From IMG/VR virus record IMGVR_UViG_3300045006_000529: DNA of 20,000 nt; one strand, given 5' to 3'. Source of the DNA: an uncultured virus (IMG/VR IMGVR_UViG_3300045006_000529) (taxonomy: Duplodnaviria > Heunggongvirae > Uroviricota > Caudoviricetes). The notes beneath the pieces are model-generated. The model worked only from the letters and a program-made list of their open reading frames with translations, had not been told where the DNA came from and searched no databases. The translations under genes and the position numbers were made by a program. This document shows, in pieces, positions 17,341 through 20,000 of the stretch; position 1 is the stretch's first letter, and each line of letters opens with the position of its first letter.

Positions 17341-20000
17341 TTATGGATTAGCAAAGGCGTTTACCATGTGGTCGGCGACACCCCAATCTGCAGTGTTGTA
17401 GATATATGAGGCCATGCCGTTTGCAACGGCGATTCCATCATGGATAGAGCTCATTGGCGTATTTCCGATGCTTCCTCCTCCACCTAGACTAGCTTTGTAC
17501 ATATAGTGCACATAGATGTCAACCCCTTCGCTCCTCCATATATTTCCAGTTGAAACCCAGGCTGCCTGGGCGCCTACACCAGAATCAATATCCTGTGCCG
17601 CAAAGAGTATGGCAGAAGATCCATATATGCTTTGCAGCCGGTTGCCGATAAAAACAGACGGAACAATCAGAATATCCTTGGTAGGCCCCACTTGGATATA
17701 GACCACTGGACGGTCATCGGTTTCGACTATCTGCAGGTCGTTATTTCCTGCACTAACTGCCAGTGTAGAATCTTCGGTGACGCTGGTCCCACCTATCTTC
17801 CAGGCACAGGGGTTTCCACCAGCTGTTTCAGCGTATACCACGTTGTTCCAGAAGTCGAAGAGTCCCGCATATGTTGGGCAGGAAACCCCCGTAGCATTGC
17901 CCGCTGTACTTACGCATCTTACCTTGTTGTCGCGGAAGATAGCCTTTGAGGACGTTCCAGCAGACCACCAGACACCTATGCAGTCCGTTGCCCCGCTACC
18001 ACCTAGTGTAACAACATTATCACACACCGCCTTTTCAGTATCTCCCAAATACTTAGCCCCATAGATATCTCCAGAGACTGCTGAAGTAGAAACCATTATC
18101 CTGTTGTTCTTCAGAACGCCCGTTCCGACATTGGAGCCAACCAATATCCCGCCGACTACAACGGCGCCAGCTATTGTGATCTGGTTGCCATAAATGTCTC
18201 CCGTAGAAGCAGAACTTGCTCCCCCCTGTTCTATGCCTAACACTCCGGATGTAGTAATGATAGTATTATCATAAATATTAGACGATCCTAGGTTATAGGT
18301 CTTGATTGGATAATAACATTCTCTAATATCGTTATGGTGTATTTGTATGTCGGTCCTGGTAGGTGCAGAAGGAGCTGTAGTAGAGTAGGAGTATATGCCA
18401 TACCCTACAAAGGTTCCGTCTCTGGCTACTATATTGTTGCGGTAAATATCAAACATCGAGGATGTGTCCGCTTCCCCATATGCTCCGACTACTATAGCTT
18501 TGCCCCTCAGAGCTTCGGTGGGGTCACTATCTGTTCCGCACCCCACAAGTACATTATCGGCCACCCTAAACTGTGAACAGTTGCCGTGCACAAGGCCCCG
18601 AAACGACTTGGTTAGAATAGTATTGCGTTCCACCCTGCCTACTTCACAGGTGTCAAACTCCAGGCCGTTTAACCCGACCCCGTAGAACCCGTTATCATAG
18701 ACCTCTATATAGTCGGTCCATTTAGCATGGAATGTGGGAACCGACTGTCCTGCTCCTGTAGGAGCGAAGTAAACACTATTGCCCATGCACCTTGCCCCCC
18801 GGATATCTCCTCCGTATAGGGGCGAGGCGTTATAGATGATCGGCACATATGTATCTTTGTCTGAATCTGCCGAGGCTACCTCTGCATAGACGGTGTTTCC
18901 CGCAAATACCGAGCTGAAGTTGAATGTGCAGCTACCTGTATAAAGTCTCTTATAGCTGTAGTAGCTCATCGGATAGGTGTCGGAACCAAATGCACAGCCT
19001 GTTACTGTCGTGCCATCTCCGTAATCCAGGATGCCACTGAGAGCGCTTGGGCTCTTGATAACGCCGCCAAAACTGCAGTTGGTAATCTTGGTCTGCAACC
19101 CATAGGAACCTATCTTGATCCCGTCCGCCTTTGTTGGGAGGGCCACATAAGTTCCCAGGAATACGCAGCGGTCGATTACCGTTCCTTGCGAAGCGGAAGA
19201 ATCCGAGGAGTCTCCGATCAGAATTCCACATGCCCCAGCATTCATCGACCCAGTTGTAATTATTCGGATGCCCGTGACCTGCATATTGAGAGCTTCTTTG
19301 AGCTGAAAGAGGCAGTCTAGGGCCGACGTGGTGGTAACTATTGCTCCTGAAGCTCCGGCAATTCTTAGGTTGTTTACCGATATAGTTACAGGAGAGGAGA
19401 GATTATAGATTCCGTCCTCAAGCCAAATGACTTCTCCACCTGTTGCAGCATCAACCGCGTCTTGAATGGTTCCGAACACGCGGGATCCGACTCTAGCCGG
19501 AGTAGCATGCGCTCTTGGAGAAACAATAAACGTAGGGAGAAAGTTGGCCCCCGCCATCCTTAGGAGGGCAAAGTAGGCTGACCCATCGTACCCGTCCAGG
19601 TCACCCTTGAAACCATGTCGGTAGGACGACTCTCCAGCAGGGGGAGATCCCAGATAGCGCCCTCTCAGGCTGATTGCCCCAGCCCCGAAACCGATGGGCT
19701 GAGAATCTTTGGTATCAACCTCCCAGCCCCCATCATAGGTGGCCGAAGCCATCCTGATTTCGCCCATCATATCATTGTTTGTATTGGCGCTGTCTGTCTG
19801 ACGGCCCTCGCGATAAAGATAGTCGGGATGGTCTCCCAAGACAGAGGGGCCAAACTTGTTGGGGGTTTCAGGGTTGGGAATAAGGCCCTTTAGGGCCTTG
19901 TGGGCAACTTGCTTTCCATAAGAAGTATGATCGTGATCTCTCACCTGCTGGTACAAGACCTGGATTGCCATACCGATGCTATTCCCAGCTACCACAATTG
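17341..20000 (-). CDS. Tailspike / receptor-binding protein with a right-handed parallel beta-helix (pectin lyase-like, putative depolymerase); 5' truncated
   Basis: The frame is open to the right edge, so the GTG at 19995 is probably internal. HDH...HKALKGL...GDHPDYLYREG resembles the tail-fibre H..L.GL..DHPQYL motif. FGTIQDAVDAATGGEVIWLEDGIYNLSSPVTISVNNLRIAG is a classic beta-helix cap. Many Asn-ladder rungs follow (IDRCVF, ITNCSF, VTGCAF, VYDNGF, VERNTI, VADNVL, IYRNNI, IHHNDI, IYDNTI, IYGNQI, LKNNRI, FRDNKV). Confidence 0.8.
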   Translation of the reverse strand, partial: IVVAGNSIGMAIQVLYQQVRDHDHTSYGKQVAHKALKGLIPNPETPNKFGPSVLGDHPDYLYREGRQTDSANTNNDMMGEIRMASATYDGGWEVDTKDSQPIGFGAGAISLRGRYLGSPPAGESSYRHGFKGDLDGYDGSAYFALLRMAGANFLPTFIVSPRAHATPARVGSRVFGTIQDAVDAATGGEVIWLEDGIYNLSSPVTISVNNLRIAGASGAIVTTTSALDCLFQLKEALNMQVTGIRIITTGSMNAGACGILIGDSSDSSASQGTVIDRCVFLGTYVALPTKADGIKIGSYGLQTKITNCSFGGVIKSPSALSGILDYGDGTTVTGCAFGSDTYPMSYYSYKRLYTGSCTFNFSSVFAGNTVYAEVASADSDKDTYVPIIYNASPLYGGDIRGARCMGNSVYFAPTGAGQSVPTFHAKWTDYIEVYDNGFYGVGLNGLEFDTCEVGRVERNTILTKSFRGLVHGNCSQFRVADNVLVGCGTDSDPTEALRGKAIVVGAYGEADTSSMFDIYRNNIVARDGTFVGYGIYSYSTTAPSAPTRTDIQIHHNDIRECYYPIKTYNLGSSNIYDNTIITTSGVLGIEQGGASSASTGDIYGNQITIAGAVVVGGILVGSNVGTGVLKNNRIMVSTSAVSGDIYGAKYLGDTEKAVCDNVVTLGGSGATDCIGVWWSAGTSSKAIFRDNKVRCVSTAGNATGVSCPTYAGLFDFWNNVVYAETAGGNPCAWKIGGTSVTEDSTLAVSAGNNDLQIVETDDRPVVYIQVGPTKDILIVPSVFIGNRLQSIYGSSAILFAAQDIDSGVGAQAAWVSTGNIWRSEGVDIYVHYMYKASLGGGGSIGNTPMSSIHDGIAVANGMASYIYNTADWGVADHMVNAFANP

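Larger units (their letters stand above)
1..20000 (-). mobile_element. Segment of a large tailed virus (phage or provirus) late/structural operon
   Basis: Twelve same-strand genes with near-complete coding density and coupled junctions (ATGA at 7296-7299 and 2773-2776; TAATG at 9527 and 5367; TAGTG at 14918). Contents include a tailspike-like beta-helix protein, tail-fibre-type motifs and a baseplate-type FGDG motif, with no housekeeping genes. No capsid, terminase or portal gene is in the window, so viral origin is an inference. Confidence 0.75.

Noticed and set aside
1..20000. Alternative genetic code (TAG or TGA recoding, as in some large phages)
   Set aside because: ORFs of 700-970 aa are intact under code 11, and TAA, TAG and TGA each end genes right at the next start.

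Overview
This 20 kb window is almost fully coding. It holds 12 genes, all on the minus strand and tightly coupled (overlaps, or gaps of 0-9 nt). The organisation looks like the late/structural operon of a large tailed prokaryotic virus or provirus. In transcription order (right to left): a 5'-truncated beta-helix tailspike-like protein; an 804-aa structural protein with a C-terminal FN3 domain; a 145-aa protein; three colinear paralogous baseplate/tail-like proteins (683, 966, 743 aa); a 407-aa protein sharing their N-terminal motif; a small basic/Pro-rich protein; a His-less cupin; an actin-fold ATPase resembling the volactin family; a GT9 heptosyltransferase-like enzyme; and a 3'-truncated GT4-GT2-GT4 glycosyltransferase of at least 925 aa. 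The ORF track misses this last gene. The most striking feature is the actin + cupin + glycosyltransferase module coupled directly to the putative virion genes. No rRNA, tRNA, CRISPR array, IS element or substantial intergenic region was seen. All family assignments come from motif recognition by eye, not from database searches.
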